Of a stretch of 64,000 nt of DNA, positions 39,801 through 54,593 are shown in pieces. The position numbers and the translations under genes were made by a program. The notes beneath the pieces were generated by a model. That model was given only the letters and a program-made list of their open reading frames with translations, had not been told where the DNA came from and made no database searches. The first letter of the stretch is position 1, and every line of letters starts with the position of its first letter. The stretch lies in contig CM119264.1 of assembly GCA_051294375.1 (NCBI GenBank), positions 23,382,858 to 23,446,857 of the forward strand, given 5' to 3'. This DNA is from Paraspadella gotoi (taxonomy: Eukaryota; Animalia; Chaetognatha).

Positions 39801-40991
39801 TATTTCTCCACTCCTCTTTTCCCCTTCTTTTCAAACTCATACTCCTCTTCCCATCCTTTTCCCTCTCACTCCAATTCTCACAATTTCACAAAATTCTGTA
39901 AAAACAACAACGACAACGACAACGACAACGGGCGAATCGAATTTCAAAATTTCGAATTCTCGAAAAGTGATAATAATATTTCTTTCTCGTTTCGTTCGTT
40001 GAAAGTTCGTGATACTTTTTTTTTTTAATCTTTCATTAACTGATTCTTTCGTTCGTCGATTCTTTTATTTCTTTATATCATTTAAAACAATGATTAATAG
40101 AATAGTAATGAGTATTTAATATTTACTCATTGTCTTTCGATTATTCCATCGTTACTTTATTCATTCTTTAATTTATTCATACATGACCATTTTCATTTTA
40201 ATTCCTTCATTCAATCAATCATTCATTCTTCTCTCTATTCTTCCGTTCCTTTCTTCGTTCATTCCTCTTTCTCTAGTTCACTTCCCACCTCCCAACTCCG
40301 ACCAGGTAAATCGCTCCTCAAAATCCCATCGAAAAATCGAGAAGAAAATCACTTCAATCTGTTTTTTTTTTTTTTTTTTNNNNNNNNNNNNNNNNNNNNN
40401 NNNNTTTTTTGTCCAGGGATAGAAATGGGGAAGACAAAAAGGTGAGAGGGAGAGGGAGGGGAGGGAGACGGGAGTAGCTGGAGAGAGAGTGAGTGGATGG
40501 GAAGAGATATTGCCAAATGAAAGTAAGTAGAATGAGCAAGGTGGATTAGAATTAGCATTGCATGTTTAAGTTAAGTTTTCCTTACAAATTATTTTAAACA
40601 AAGTGAGGAATGGATCGGGTGAAGGAAAGGTTGAAGAGTAGAAGGAAAGACAGGAGACAAAGAGATGGTTAATAATGAGGAGGACAAAAAATCATAGGGT
40701 TATTTTAACGAGTAGAAAATGGAGAACATGAAAAAAGGGGAGAAGAAGAAAGGGTGGGAGGAGGGAGAAAAAGGAAAGGGAAGAAGGGAGGGAAGAGGCG
40801 GCGGAGGCGAATCGATTTCTAACTAAAAAACTGGGTTTTGTTTTTCTTTTCCCAAAAATAAAAGGAAAAAAAAAGAAGTAAGAATTCGGTTGTTAACCAC
40901 CAAGGTGAGGGAATTGGCAACTGAATAGGAGGGAGAGTGAGAGGGGGGGGGAAGACAGAGATCAACTAAACAGAGGCCCGTTGCCCCATAG

Positions 40992-41026
<35 letters not shown>

Positions 41027-41299
41027 TCTCTCTCAGCATCTTTCTCTTTCTCACTCTCTTTATCTTTCTCGTCTCTTCTCTGTCCAGATCTTGACTTCGC
41101 GTCGTCCGAAGAAAAACTAGATTTCTCCCTCATGGAACAAAACAATTTCCGATGGGCCGACGAAAGGACGCGGCAGCTCCTTTCTGAAGGGTGAGCTGCT
41201 GCGGGCGTGAAACGGGCCCTGAGCTTGAGGGCTGGAAGGAGTCGTGGACGTTGGAATGAGGTGTGCCTCTCGGGAGAGAGAGAGAGAGAGAGAGAGAGC

Positions 41300-41379
<80 letters not shown>

Positions 41380-43267
41380 AAAAAAAATTCGGGAAAACCT
41401 CTCATTTAAGCGAAGAAAAAAGTTAAAAAAAAGTAATTTATTTTTTAAACTCAAATCTAGTCGAGGTTTAGAAAACAATGTAACGTTTACGACCCTAGTA
41501 TATTAATATACTGCCTTGCCCCTTCCGCCCCCCACTAAAATAAATTAACTCGAGAATTTTTTTTGTGTTTTTGGGCTTTAGACGTTTCAAAAATGATTTT
41601 TTTAAATTAAAATTAAACTCGTCCATTTTTTTGTTTTTGTCATCCCCGATTGTCTTCTATTTTGTTGTCGTCGTCGTCGTCGTCGTCGTTTTTTGATACT
41701 CATGTCTTTTTTAATTTTAGAAGAGAATCTTTTATTTGCCACCCTTGTTTTCTACTTTTGTTTCTTTGTTGTCGAGTGAGGGCTAGGAACCGGGAGCGGA
41801 TATACGTAATAGAGTTCAAAAAAGGGAGAGAGCTGGAGAGGGCATCTTCTTCGATGTTGTAGTACAATCGATGACGATATGAGTTAAAACAACACAACTT
41901 GTACACGACAATTTTAATTTCAATTTTAATTCATTCTTCGTCATAGCGACAGGAAAAAAAACTTTTTAGGACAAATATAAACTAATCTAAATATTATTGG
42001 TCATATTGTATGTTTCTATACACTTTTAAAATCAATCATTACAAATTTCAAAATCCTCCCTTTCATTTCCTTAGTTCACTTTCCTTTCGACCCAAACTAA
42101 AAATTAGTAAAAAATATACAATATATTTTAATTTTGGTGCAGCGAAAATTTTTTTTTCATTTTATCGAGAAAATTCGGACGTCGAAAGAAAAAAAGGTAA
42201 CAACAACAAAACAGTTGTTTTCGATATTTTAATGTAAAAAAAAAAAATAATCATGATAAACGAGAAGAAAAAGTGAGCGACGTCGCTGAATTATCATTTC
42301 TCACTTTGTTCATTTTTTTTCTCCTTTTCACGCTTAGTATCTTTTTTGTTCTTTTGTTGTAAAATTTTTTAAAAAGACGAAAACCTTATCGTTAATTTTT
42401 GTTTTTCTTTGTGGCATCGTTGACGACGCGACGACGACAATGACGACGACGTAGAGTCAACGCACGTTCGGTCAAAAAACCGAAATGGGACTTTTCTTCT
42501 TTCTTCTTTTTTTTTGTTTCTCTTTCCTTTTTCCAAATTTTGGGGCGAAAAGGATTCGATCCTGCAAAAAGTGGATCAGGGCTCTAGATTTAAAAAGTGG
42601 TAAGCTAGAGCGTCGAGGGGTAGGAAAATAACTGATTCGGCTGCGCGGGCTCGAGTTTAGATGAAGAAGATGGTAAGACAAAAATACGCGATATAAAAGT
42701 GAGTGATTGATTTCACTGTCCACGTTGGACTGTTCTCTGTCTTTTTTTTTTGTGGGGTTATCCACAAAAATTTGAGTTCTGATTTATTTTGAGATTCCTC
42801 TACCCACCTTCTCCCCCCATGATTTTTCTCCCTCCACCCCCTCCCCCAATCTACCCCTATTCTCCCCCCTCCCCCCTTCTCCTCCCAATTTAACTCGAGG
42901 TCACGCCGTTCGGTGAAGGGAAAACCAAAATCGATTCGACGTCTTTTTTCCTTCGATTCCTTTCGATTCTATTTCATTCTATTTGATTCTATTCGATTCT
43001 ATTTATTTTAAATCGCTTTTTTTTATTCAATTTGATTCCCTTTCTATGAATATGGATTATACATTTGAGTTGACGAGAAAAAATTTCAAAGAACAACGTC
43101 TTTACTTCGCGACGGCGCAATTCACAATCTTGAACCTTAAATTAACATCGTGCTTTACATCCCTCCGAATTAAATTGACATGCTAGTAAGTCGAAAAGTA
43201 GTGGTCTTTGGATTTAGAAGTTTGTGACTTCTTGCTTTTGGTTTGTGATCGTGAATCTTCAGATGAA

Positions 43268-43332
<65 letters not shown>

Positions 43333-44119
43333 CCAACATGGACTAATTCCCTATGATGATGCAGGTCTTGAGGTCTCCTCCATCTCTTCTCTCGAATCCA
43401 GAGACAAAAATCTGTCCCTCCTCTTGTTCTTCATTGCAGAGAGAGGGCGAATAGTGGAAGGGAGAAAGGGAGAAAGGGAGGAGGGGAAGGAGGAAGGAGA
43501 AGGAGGAAAGAGGAAATAAGGGAAAGAACAAAAAATGGAGATGGAAGGGAAGAGAAGAAGATCGAAGTGGATGATTTTTTGTTGCTTTGGGTCATTAATT
43601 CGTTCAAAAAATAGTGACCTTGAAGTAAAGCGCTCTCTTTCTTCTCTTCTCTCTTCTATTTTTCACTCTTCTCTCTCTCTTTCTCTCTCTCTTTTTCTCT
43701 TCTCTTCTTTTCTTTTTTCTCTTTCTCTCTCTTGAGTGCAATTAAGGTTTAAACTATATAGCTATCGAACGACCTAAATGAGTGTGGGTAAAACTTTTTT
43801 GTCATAAACGAAATTGGAATTACAACAATTAGCTTTTTTCTATTTTTACAACTAAAAATAACCATTTTTCTTTCTTGTTAAACATTCAAATCACTGTTAA
43901 ATTATCAATTGTAACAAAAAAATTTCACATAGCTCACAAAAGTACAATTAAATGAGGTATGAAAAGTATTTAATCAAATTTTTACCCATATTCCGATCTT
44001 GCAGTTGCAGGACACAAAATTTAACACTTTTACGTAGATCTTGACTTTTCTTTAAGAAACGTGCCGAGTTGCCCTTTTTTTATTTATTCCCTTTTTATGA
44101 GAACGAGGCCGGCTTTTTT

Positions 44120-45814
44120 TCAAAATGCCGTTTGCGGGCGCGTCTTCCAGCCATTGCTTAACGCCGGTCCTTCTCGGCATTCTCCATTATTTTCGGAGAT
44201 TTGCGGGAATGTTCAATTCGGGCATCGCCTTTTCTAAAAAGGCACTACGGGCAAGTTTGGGAGGTGAGGAAAAAAAAGAGTTAGATTAAAAAAAGAAAGT
44301 AGACGAGTGAAGGATGAAATATCAAATGATAAGAATACAAGATTTCGGGAAAATTAACAATTTAAAAAAAAAGATTGTTGGTTTTGATAAAAAAGATAAT
44401 TGAAAACTGGGCAATTTGCATGAGCACTTACTTGATAGAGATCATAGCGAGTCAGCATGGAAAGCCGATCCCGAGGAAGAATCTCCTTGAACCAGCTGAA
44501 TACAATGTAGTCAACTAGTCATTATTGAGATTCAAATTTTATGTGGTTTAATATTTTTTTCATAAACTTGATTATTGATCCCACTATAGAATAATTGTAA
44601 AATATTTTTGCAATAAAAAACTTCCACTAACCTGTCCATTGCGTTCAAGGTCTTTTAAAATCCTGAAAGATAATAACCGAATTAAATATTCAGGACCGGT
44701 CATAAAATGTTGCAAACGCAAAAAATGTTGGTATTCTTGAACATTTACACATATAAATGATTAGAATTCTAACTTGATTCAGTTTTTGCCACCATTTGAG
44801 CCTTCTTCTCTTCGTCTTCTCAAAAAACGGGAAGCGAGTTTGGATTGAATATCCCACAAATCGTCTCGCAAAAACTGATTCACCTTCAGTGCCTTCGAAG
44901 ATAAAGAAATAAATAAATAAAAATCATGTTATTACTTTTTGTTTATTATTTTTTAAAAGTACCTCCATTTCGTCCTTGCCTAGGAGTCCCAACCTTTGGC
45001 CACGAATCTGCCAGGGCGTTCCCTGACAATACTTTTCCCCATCGATCTCAAGGACCGGCATCTGTCCGAGCGGCATCTGCGCCTTGGCGGCATCGTCCCA
45101 GTTTCTTCCGACCCGATTCTCTGATGTAGAAATACTTATTCGTATATTTACGTATATTTTTTCTTACCTAACATCCGACCAAACTTTAAATTAAAATTTT
45201 ATCCACTTTGACCTTTTCTACCAATTTAATTAATACTTATTATACACATATAAAATGATTAGAATTCTACTTGATCAGTTTTGCCACCATTTGAGCCTTC
45301 TTCCTCTTTCGTCTTCTCAAAAAACGAGCGGAGCGAGTTGATTGAATTTCGACGAAATCGTCTCGCAAAACTGATTCCACCTTCAGTGCCTTCGAAGATA
45401 AAGAAATAAATAAATAAAATCATGTTATTACTTTTTTGTTTATTATTTTTTAAAAAAGTTACCTCCATTTCGTCCTAGCCTAGGAGTCCCAACCTCTTTG
45501 GCCACGAATTCTGGCCAGGGCGTTTCCCTGACAATACCTTTTTCTCCATCGATCTCAAGGACCGGCATCTGTCCGAGCGGCATTGCGCCTTGGCGGCATC
45601 GTCCCAGTTTCTTCCGACCGATTCTCTGATGTAGAAATACTTATTCGTATATTTACGTATATTTTTTCTACCTAACATCCGACCAAACTTTTTAAATTAA
45701 AATTTTATCACTTTGACCTTTTCTATCCAATTTAATTAATACTTATCCGATCAAGTTAGTTTCTTTTTAACTCCAACCGGGTGCATCGAGGCTTGCTTGT
45801 TCGTTGTTTGTTTG

Positions 45815-45873
<59 letters not shown>

Positions 45874-46050
45874 TTTCTTTCTTTTTCTTTCTTTCTTTCT
45901 TCTTTCTTTCTTTACTTTATTTACACGGACCCGATCTTCATTCTCACCACATACGACGGTCCTCGTATTCGGTTCCAGTGCGGCGAACATCAGGCGAATG
46001 ATTTCTGCTCTTCCTCTCGTGAAATAGTGAAGGACATAAGTCGGCATCAT
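44120..46050 (-). CDS. Glutathione S-transferase, sigma-class-like, about 6 exons (indel errors in this sequence)
   Basis: Exon 1 ~46050-45948: MPTYVLHYF.RGRAEIIRLMFAA..EYEDRR, then GTGAG. Exon 2 ~45625-45463: MPLGQMPVLEIDGEK.CQG.ALARFVAKE.GLLG.DEME, with CAG acceptor and GTAAC donor. Exon 3 ~45389-45270: ALKVESV...FFEK...KAQMVAKL. Exon 4 ~44662-44632: ILKDLER (uncertain). Exon 5 ~44495-44431: FFLGDRLSHAD, then GTAAGT. Exon 6 ~44244-44120: ..VKQWL..RPQTAF-stop. These are hallmark GST N- and C-domain motifs. Confidence 0.88.
44746..45746. repeat. ~500 bp tandem duplication covering GST exons 2 and 3
   Basis: Unit 1 (~44746-45240) and unit 2 (~45243-45746) both start TACACATATAAA(A)TGATTAGAATTCT and end TTAATTAATACTTAT. 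The duplication recurs at 55220-56220. Confidence 0.9.
45805..45913. repeat. (TTTC)n microsatellite in GST intron 1
   Basis: Tetranucleotide tract between the GST exon 1 donor and exon 2 acceptor. Confidence 0.9.
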
Positions 46051-47061
46051 TCAGTTTGGTTCCTTTACGCCGAGAATTTCCCCAATTAACAATCGTGAGA
46101 AAAAAAGGTTCCGAGAAATTCCTAAATTAGTTACAAATTTTATCAATAAGACTAGACAATTTTCCATAAAAAGGCATTTGTCGTTGAAAAAATATAGGAA
46201 AAAATAGGTCAGAGAATAGAAGACAACATATTTCGAACGATTTAAAAAACCCGGTTTTTTTTTTAAAAGGAACATTTTCGATTTGAGAAGTAGTTCGGAA
46301 ATTCTCGCGCTAGAACTGTTTTCGTACGACTTTACGTGCTCTTCAAACGTCGATTGAAAAAACCTGATCCTTCTAAGTTCGTGCTGAGCTAAGAGACATG
46401 AGACGCTATTGGTTGGATTAGGAAACGTGGACTCGAACGACGAACCGGTTCGCTGAGAGAGAGAGATAGAGAGACAGACGTTAACATACAAAAAAGTGCA
46501 ATGTCATGAAATTGGTACAACCAATATATGTAATTGATGTATCAAACATTCAAAAAATCTAAATAAACTACAGATAGTCAAGAGCCAATACCTATACTAT
46601 ACAGTATACAATAAACATTAGGCATACGTAGGGATCTTGATGTTATTTCAAACATCAAAAGCTCTTAAAGTTCCCGTTTAATACAAAAATTAAGTCACAA
46701 AAAGAGATACTGTAAATCCATCCCTTCTGTTGATTAATTTCACAAACGAACAATTCGTCTTTTTTAGTGAGAGAAATTTGAGTGTAAACCACGAAATTTT
46801 AGCTTCAATCAAAAACAACAAGGCGACTCTTGTTCGCAGGTTTCGAAAGAAAAAGAACTTCTGGAATTAAATCTTTTCTTCTTCCCTGCTGTCTGACCCA
46901 CAAACTGTCCGTAGTTTTTGCTTACCCAACCTGACTCTATCCATTTGACCAACCCAAGCGACCGACCCATTCGTTTAACTCCAGGCCTCATTCTTCCCGA
47001 CACAATATGTCCATGTCATTACCCATGGCGTAGCAAACTCTCTCTCTCTCTCCCTCCCTCG

Positions 47062-47133
<72 letters not shown>

Positions 47134-47402
47134 CTGATTTCTCCCTCCGGTCTCGCAGTGTCCGACCGAGACAATTACGTCCGAGTCAAAGAAAAGTGGA
47201 GAGAAAGAAGCGGAGAATAGAGAAGAAAGAAAAGAAAGAAGAAAAGAAAGAAAGGAGGCGTGGGATGATAAATACGTTGTCGCGAGGACAGAAAAGGGTC
47301 AAAGGGAAGACAGGGAGGTTGTACGCCTGACAAAGTGAAGGTCCCGCGCGCGACGGCGCCTTTGTTGGCGGCCGAGAATTTTTTTTGTGGGCTGCGTCCT
47401 CG

Positions 47403-47433
<31 letters not shown>

Positions 47434-47825
47434 GCTCTCATCTCTCTCTTCTCTGCCATCTTCTCTCTCTCTCTCTCTCATCTCATCGTCTCTCTCTCTC
47501 TCCTCATTTTTCGCACGCAGACGAGTTTAAACGCGCTTTTCTTTATTTCGACGTGCTGTCCTCTAGGGTTATGCGTGTGTGCGGCTAAGAGAGAGAGAGA
47601 GATAGAGAGAGAGAGAAGGTTTTGCCCGCCTGGCCCTTCAGTTATCACAATATGGTCATTGAATCCATTTGCATATGGTAATCCCGGTCGCACGGCCTTG
47701 GAGTCTTTGCTATTCATGACTGGAGGCGGCCCAAGTCGCGCTGAGTCCTCGGAGTCTCAGTCGAGACTCTGATTTGTGGAGAAGACGACGGACGGACAGA
47801 GAGGGAGAGATGAGGGTAGCGGGAG

Positions 47826-47904
<79 letters not shown>

Positions 47905-48227
47905 GAGAGAGAGAGAGAGAGAGAGGAATGAATGACAATTGAATTCTGGGAAATTGCTAGAGAAGAAGAATGGGAAAAGAATGAGCAAGTGAATGATGAA
48001 GAAAAGATTGAGAGAGAAATGAAACAAAGAACTAAAAATAAGAAAAGAAAGAGTGATAGGACATTATTTTTTTTTTAAGCTGAGAGTAAAACGATAAAAT
48101 ATACGATCCAAAAAAAACAAAACAAAAGAGAGAATCACAAACGAATAGGCATTAGGCATTAGGCATATTTTCTCCGGAAGATACATCTGACAGAAAAAAC
48201 GGAAGAGCGTGAACCCGATTTTATGTG

Positions 48228-48329
<102 letters not shown>

Positions 48330-50554
48330 GAATGCATAACGAGTCACGAAGTGATTAAGTGAAAACGAAATCCAGCTTCGGAAATATCGTCGGCTCGTCA
48401 TCCGAAGACGATTCGCGTCAAACGGACGAATGGCTCATGGCCTCAAGGCTCAAGCCTCAAAAGCTCATGGCCTTACCGAATGGCATCCTGAATCGACGGG
48501 CTGCAATGGCTCAAACCATTGAGATTATGACTGGTCCTGTACCCATGAGGGCGGCAGCCCGTACTTTTTTGAGCAATATGCATAGAATATCGCTCTTGCC
48601 GCATCAGGCTTTTTTTAGTTGCCACAAGCTCTTCGCTAATGGCCCAATGTTTTTTTTTAAATGATTTTTCAAATTATATAATTTTCTGATCCAAGCAATA
48701 TTTTTTAAATATATACGTTTTTTTTATAATTTTTTGACTGTTACATTTTTACGGGTTGAACCATTAGTCCTTAACATTTTTTAGTCTAATACTCAGGCAA
48801 ATTCTTTCCTTTCGTTTCTTCTTTTGTTTCTTTCTCTGTTTTTCGCTTTGTTTTCTCTCCCTTTTCGCTCTTTTACCCCGTCCATTTAATGCCCCATATT
48901 TTTTTGTTTTTTCTTCTCTTTTCACGAAATCGAAGTCGAACGAGTGACGTCAGAGATCAAAATTCATGATTCCCTCAATTGTTAGAATCGCGAACAATGG
49001 CTGTTAAACGACGCCAACGATGACGACGACGACAGAACGGCAACGCACGCGCCGCGCCGCGCCCTCCGGCCGCGCGCCTTCAACGACGTCATTTCCGTCG
49101 GCCTCCCTTTTCTTTCGACTGCGAACGTGCGTCGGCGATCGAGACATCGGCTGCTCGTGCCACGCCTCCTTCCGCGAGCGAGTCGTTTGTCGGGCGCGAG
49201 CCGAGAACGATTGTCGGTAAGAGTCGGGCGGGCGCGGCTGGCGGCGCGGGCATTGACGGGCGCAGGTTAACCGGAATCGGTCAAACGGGCGAATAAAGGG
49301 GAGAAGGAAAAAGTGGTTGTTTTAGGGGGAGTTAGGGGGGAGGTAGGGAGTGGCAAGGATTGAATCTTGGAGGGCGGAGTTAGTGAATTCGTTAAAAAGG
49401 ACGCGGATGTTCGTCAACGGCTTCGTTTGTGAATTGGGATCACCATAGAGCACGCATGGTTTCGGCTTTCGACTAAAACATTTCTCGCGTGAATAAACAT
49501 TGACGAGCGATCGTCATTCCTTTGACCCGATGACCCGATGACCTGCCGCAAATTTTTAAAAACGATGACTCTTTTGCCTAAAAACATTGATGACTGACCA
49601 CTGACCAGCTTTTGAACTTACGTCTCGAGTCCTTTAAACCCTTTGACACGAATGAACATGAACGATGAAGATGAACGATGGAAGCGATGAACGATGAACC
49701 AATCCTGGAAAATAGAATTTACGCCTGAAGCTGATAGATGAATTTTGAACAGACCGCAGAAGGAAGCTTGCTGTCAAAAGCTTGCGAAAGACTTGATTGC
49801 GACAATCCTGGGCGTGTCCGAAATTCAAAAGGAGGAGGAGGAAGAGGAGAAGCACATTGAGAATCGCCGTCGTGAGTCGGAAAAAAGAGAATCGAGGGAG
49901 GTGAGAGATGAAGAGGACGGAGGAAGAAGAGGAGGAGGAAGAGGAGGAGAAGAAGAGTAGAGAAGTGGAAGAAAGAAAGTGTAAGGCAGCTGAGTCTAAC
50001 AGAGATTAAGAAGGGGACGCAAAATTTCAAGATTTCAAAGGAAGTGATATGAAATGAAAGAATATCTTTAATTATTATGAAGTGAATGTCATAAATGTCT
50101 TCACTCAGCATTTCGCGCTCTTCTTAGCTGAATCTCGATAATTCTGCATACAATGTGTTTTCATACTTCGTTGCATCCAATAGATAATGCAGTTGACATT
50201 CCGTCTCATACTGTATCTGTATCTCAATGCACTAATTTTGGTCTCATGGGTGTACGAATAGGGAGGCGGAGACGTCTCCGGATCCGCGTCTCGTTACGAC
50301 GAAGGGGGTGGCCGCGAGAGGGGGAAGAGCGGAAGAAGAAGAAGAAGCAGAAGAGAGAAGAAGAAGAAGAGGAAGAGGAAGAAGTTACAATGAAGCGAAT
50401 AGAGAGGCGGGAGGTCGCTGGACTGGGTCGACAATAACGATGACCCAAATGGGTGATGATGGGGACTGTGAAGAGAGGGGGGGGGAAGGGTGAACACGCG
50501 TCGGAGGAAGGAGATGAAAAGGAGAGTGTAAGGAGAGAGAAAGAAAGAGAGAGA

Positions 50555-50595
<41 letters not shown>

Positions 50596-50753
50596 AGAAA
50601 GAGAGGCACATACTCAGAAAGAACAGAGACACAGAGAGAAAAAGAAGGAGAAGAGGAAAGAGTTTATTTGTCCTGCAAAAGGTGATGGCTGCTGATTGAG
50701 GCAGCCTTTTTTTTCATTCGCCTCTCTCTCTCTCTCTCTGCTTCTGCTTCTCT

Positions 50754-50812
<59 letters not shown>

Positions 50813-51465
50813 CTCCCGAGAGGCAGCACCTCATTCCAAAACGTCACCACTCCTTCCAGCCCTCAACTCAGCCCGTTTTCAACGCCCGAGCGCTCACCCA
50901 TTCAGAGGAGCGCCGGTCCTTTTCGTGCCCCATCGGAAATTGTTTGCTCATGAAGGAGGATATTGTATGAAAGTAAGTAGAATGAGTAAGGTGGAGTTAG
51001 AATTAGCATTGCATGTTAAGTTAAGTTTCCTTCCAAATTATTTTTTAAAAATTGAGGAATGGATCGGGTGAAAGAAGAGTTGAAGAGTTGAAGGAAAAAC
51101 AGGAGACAAAGAGATGGTTAATAATGTGGAGGACAAAAAATCATAGGGTTATTTTAACGAGTAAAAAATGGAGACATCAGAAAAAGGGGAGAAGAAAGAG
51201 AGGGTGGGAGGGAGAAAAAGGAAAGGGGAAGAAGGGGAGGGAAGGAGGCGGCGGAGGCGAATCGATTTCTAACTAAAAAACTTGGGTTTGTTTTCTTTTC
51301 CCAAAAATAAAAGGAAAAAAAANNNNNNNNNNNNNNNNNNNNNNNNNAGAAGTAAGAATTCGGTTGTTAACCACCAAGGTGAGGGAATTGGCAACTGAAT
51401 AGGAGGGAGAGTGAGAGGGGGGGGGAAGACAGAGATCAACTAAACAGAGGCCCGTTGCCCCATAG

Positions 51466-51500
<35 letters not shown>

Positions 51501-51773
51501 TCTCTCTCAGCATCTTTCTCTTTCTCACTCTCTTTATCTTTCTCGTCTCTTCTCTGTCCAGATCTTGACTTCGCGTCGTCCGAAGAAAAACTAGATTTCT
51601 CCCTCATGGAACAAAACAATTTCCGATGGGCCGACGAAAGGACGCGGCAGCTCCTTTCTGAAGGGTGAGCTGCTGCGGGCGTGAAACGGGCCCTGAGCTT
51701 GAGGGCTGGAAGGAGTCGTGGACGTTGGAATGAGGTGTGCCTCTCGGGAGAGAGAGAGAGAGAGAGAGAGAGC

Positions 51774-51853
<80 letters not shown>

Positions 51854-53741
51854 AAAAAAAATTCGGGAAAACCTCTCATTTAAGCGAAGAAAAAAGTTAA
51901 AAAAAAGTAATTTATTTTTTAAACTCAAATCTAGTCGAGGTTTAGAAAACAATGTAACGTTTACGACCCTAGTATATTAATATACTGCCTTGCCCCTTCC
52001 GCCCCCCACTAAAATAAATTAACTCGAGAATTTTTTTTGTGTTTTTGGGCTTTAGACGTTTCAAAAATGATTTTTTTAAATTAAAATTAAACTCGTCCAT
52101 TTTTTTGTTTTTGTCATCCCCGATTGTCTTCTATTTTGTTGTCGTCGTCGTCGTCGTCGTCGTTTTTTGATACTCATGTCTTTTTTAATTTTAGAAGAGA
52201 ATCTTTTATTTGCCACCCTTGTTTTCTACTTTTGTTTCTTTGTTGTCGAGTGAGGGCTAGGAACCGGGAGCGGATATACGTAATAGAGTTCAAAAAAGGG
52301 AGAGAGCTGGAGAGGGCATCTTCTTCGATGTTGTAGTACAATCGATGACGATATGAGTTAAAACAACACAACTTGTACACGACAATTTTAATTTCAATTT
52401 TAATTCATTCTTCGTCATAGCGACAGGAAAAAAAACTTTTTAGGACAAATATAAACTAATCTAAATATTATTGGTCATATTGTATGTTTCTATACACTTT
52501 TAAAATCAATCATTACAAATTTCAAAATCCTCCCTTTCATTTCCTTAGTTCACTTTCCTTTCGACCCAAACTAAAAATTAGTAAAAAATATACAATATAT
52601 TTTAATTTTGGTGCAGCGAAAATTTTTTTTTCATTTTATCGAGAAAATTCGGACGTCGAAAGAAAAAAAGGTAACAACAACAAAACAGTTGTTTTCGATA
52701 TTTTAATGTAAAAAAAAAAAATAATCATGATAAACGAGAAGAAAAAGTGAGCGACGTCGCTGAATTATCATTTCTCACTTTGTTCATTTTTTTTCTCCTT
52801 TTCACGCTTAGTATCTTTTTTGTTCTTTTGTTGTAAAATTTTTTAAAAAGACGAAAACCTTATCGTTAATTTTTGTTTTTCTTTGTGGCATCGTTGACGA
52901 CGCGACGACGACAATGACGACGACGTAGAGTCAACGCACGTTCGGTCAAAAAACCGAAATGGGACTTTTCTTCTTTCTTCTTTTTTTTTGTTTCTCTTTC
53001 CTTTTTCCAAATTTTGGGGCGAAAAGGATTCGATCCTGCAAAAAGTGGATCAGGGCTCTAGATTTAAAAAGTGGTAAGCTAGAGCGTCGAGGGGTAGGAA
53101 AATAACTGATTCGGCTGCGCGGGCTCGAGTTTAGATGAAGAAGATGGTAAGACAAAAATACGCGATATAAAAGTGAGTGATTGATTTCACTGTCCACGTT
53201 GGACTGTTCTCTGTCTTTTTTTTTTGTGGGGTTATCCACAAAAATTTGAGTTCTGATTTATTTTGAGATTCCTCTACCCACCTTCTCCCCCCATGATTTT
53301 TCTCCCTCCACCCCCTCCCCCAATCTACCCCTATTCTCCCCCCTCCCCCCTTCTCCTCCCAATTTAACTCGAGGTCACGCCGTTCGGTGAAGGGAAAACC
53401 AAAATCGATTCGACGTCTTTTTTCCTTCGATTCCTTTCGATTCTATTTCATTCTATTTGATTCTATTCGATTCTATTTATTTTAAATCGCTTTTTTTTAT
53501 TCAATTTGATTCCCTTTCTATGAATATGGATTATACATTTGAGTTGACGAGAAAAAATTTCAAAGAACAACGTCTTTACTTCGCGACGGCGCAATTCACA
53601 ATCTTGAACCTTAAATTAACATCGTGCTTTACATCCCTCCGAATTAAATTGACATGCTAGTAAGTCGAAAAGTAGTGGTCTTTGGATTTAGAAGTTTGTG
53701 ACTTCTTGCTTTTGGTTTGTGATCGTGAATCTTCAGATGAA

Positions 53742-53806
<65 letters not shown>

Positions 53807-54593
53807 CCAACATGGACTAATTCCCTATGATGATGCAGGTCTTGAGGTCTCCTCCATCTCTTCTCTCGAATCCAGAGACAAAAATCTGTCCCTCCTCTTG
53901 TTCTTCATTGCAGAGAGAGGGCGAATAGTGGAAGGGAGAAAGGGAGAAAGGGAGGAGGGGAAGGAGGAAGGAGAAGGAGGAAAGAGGAAATAAGGGAAAG
54001 AACAAAAAATGGAGATGGAAGGGAAGAGAAGAAGATCGAAGTGGATGATTTTTTGTTGCTTTGGGTCATTAATTCGTTCAAAAAATAGTGACCTTGAAGT
54101 AAAGCGCTCTCTTTCTTCTCTTCTCTCTTCTATTTTTCACTCTTCTCTCTCTCTTTCTCTCTCTCTTTTTCTCTTCTCTTCTTTTCTTTTTTCTCTTTCT
54201 CTCTCTTGAGTGCAATTAAGGTTTAAACTATATAGCTATCGAACGACCTAAATGAGTGTGGGTAAAACTTTTTTGTCATAAACGAAATTGGAATTACAAC
54301 AATTAGCTTTTTTCTATTTTTACAACTAAAAATAACCATTTTTCTTTCTTGTTAAACATTCAAATCACTGTTAAATTATCAATTGTAACAAAAAAATTTC
54401 ACATAGCTCACAAAAGTACAATTAAATGAGGTATGAAAAGTATTTAATCAAATTTTTACCCATATTCCGATCTTGCAGTTGCAGGACACAAAATTTAACA
54501 CTTTTACGTAGATCTTGACTTTTCTTTAAGAAACGTGCCGAGTTGCCCTTTTTTTATTTATTCCCTTTTTATGAGAACGAGGCCGGCTTTTTT

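Noticed and set aside
47600-47770. snRNA-type gene suggested by the octamer ATTTGCAT
   Set aside because: No recognisable snRNA or tRNA body was found, and a single octamer is insufficient.
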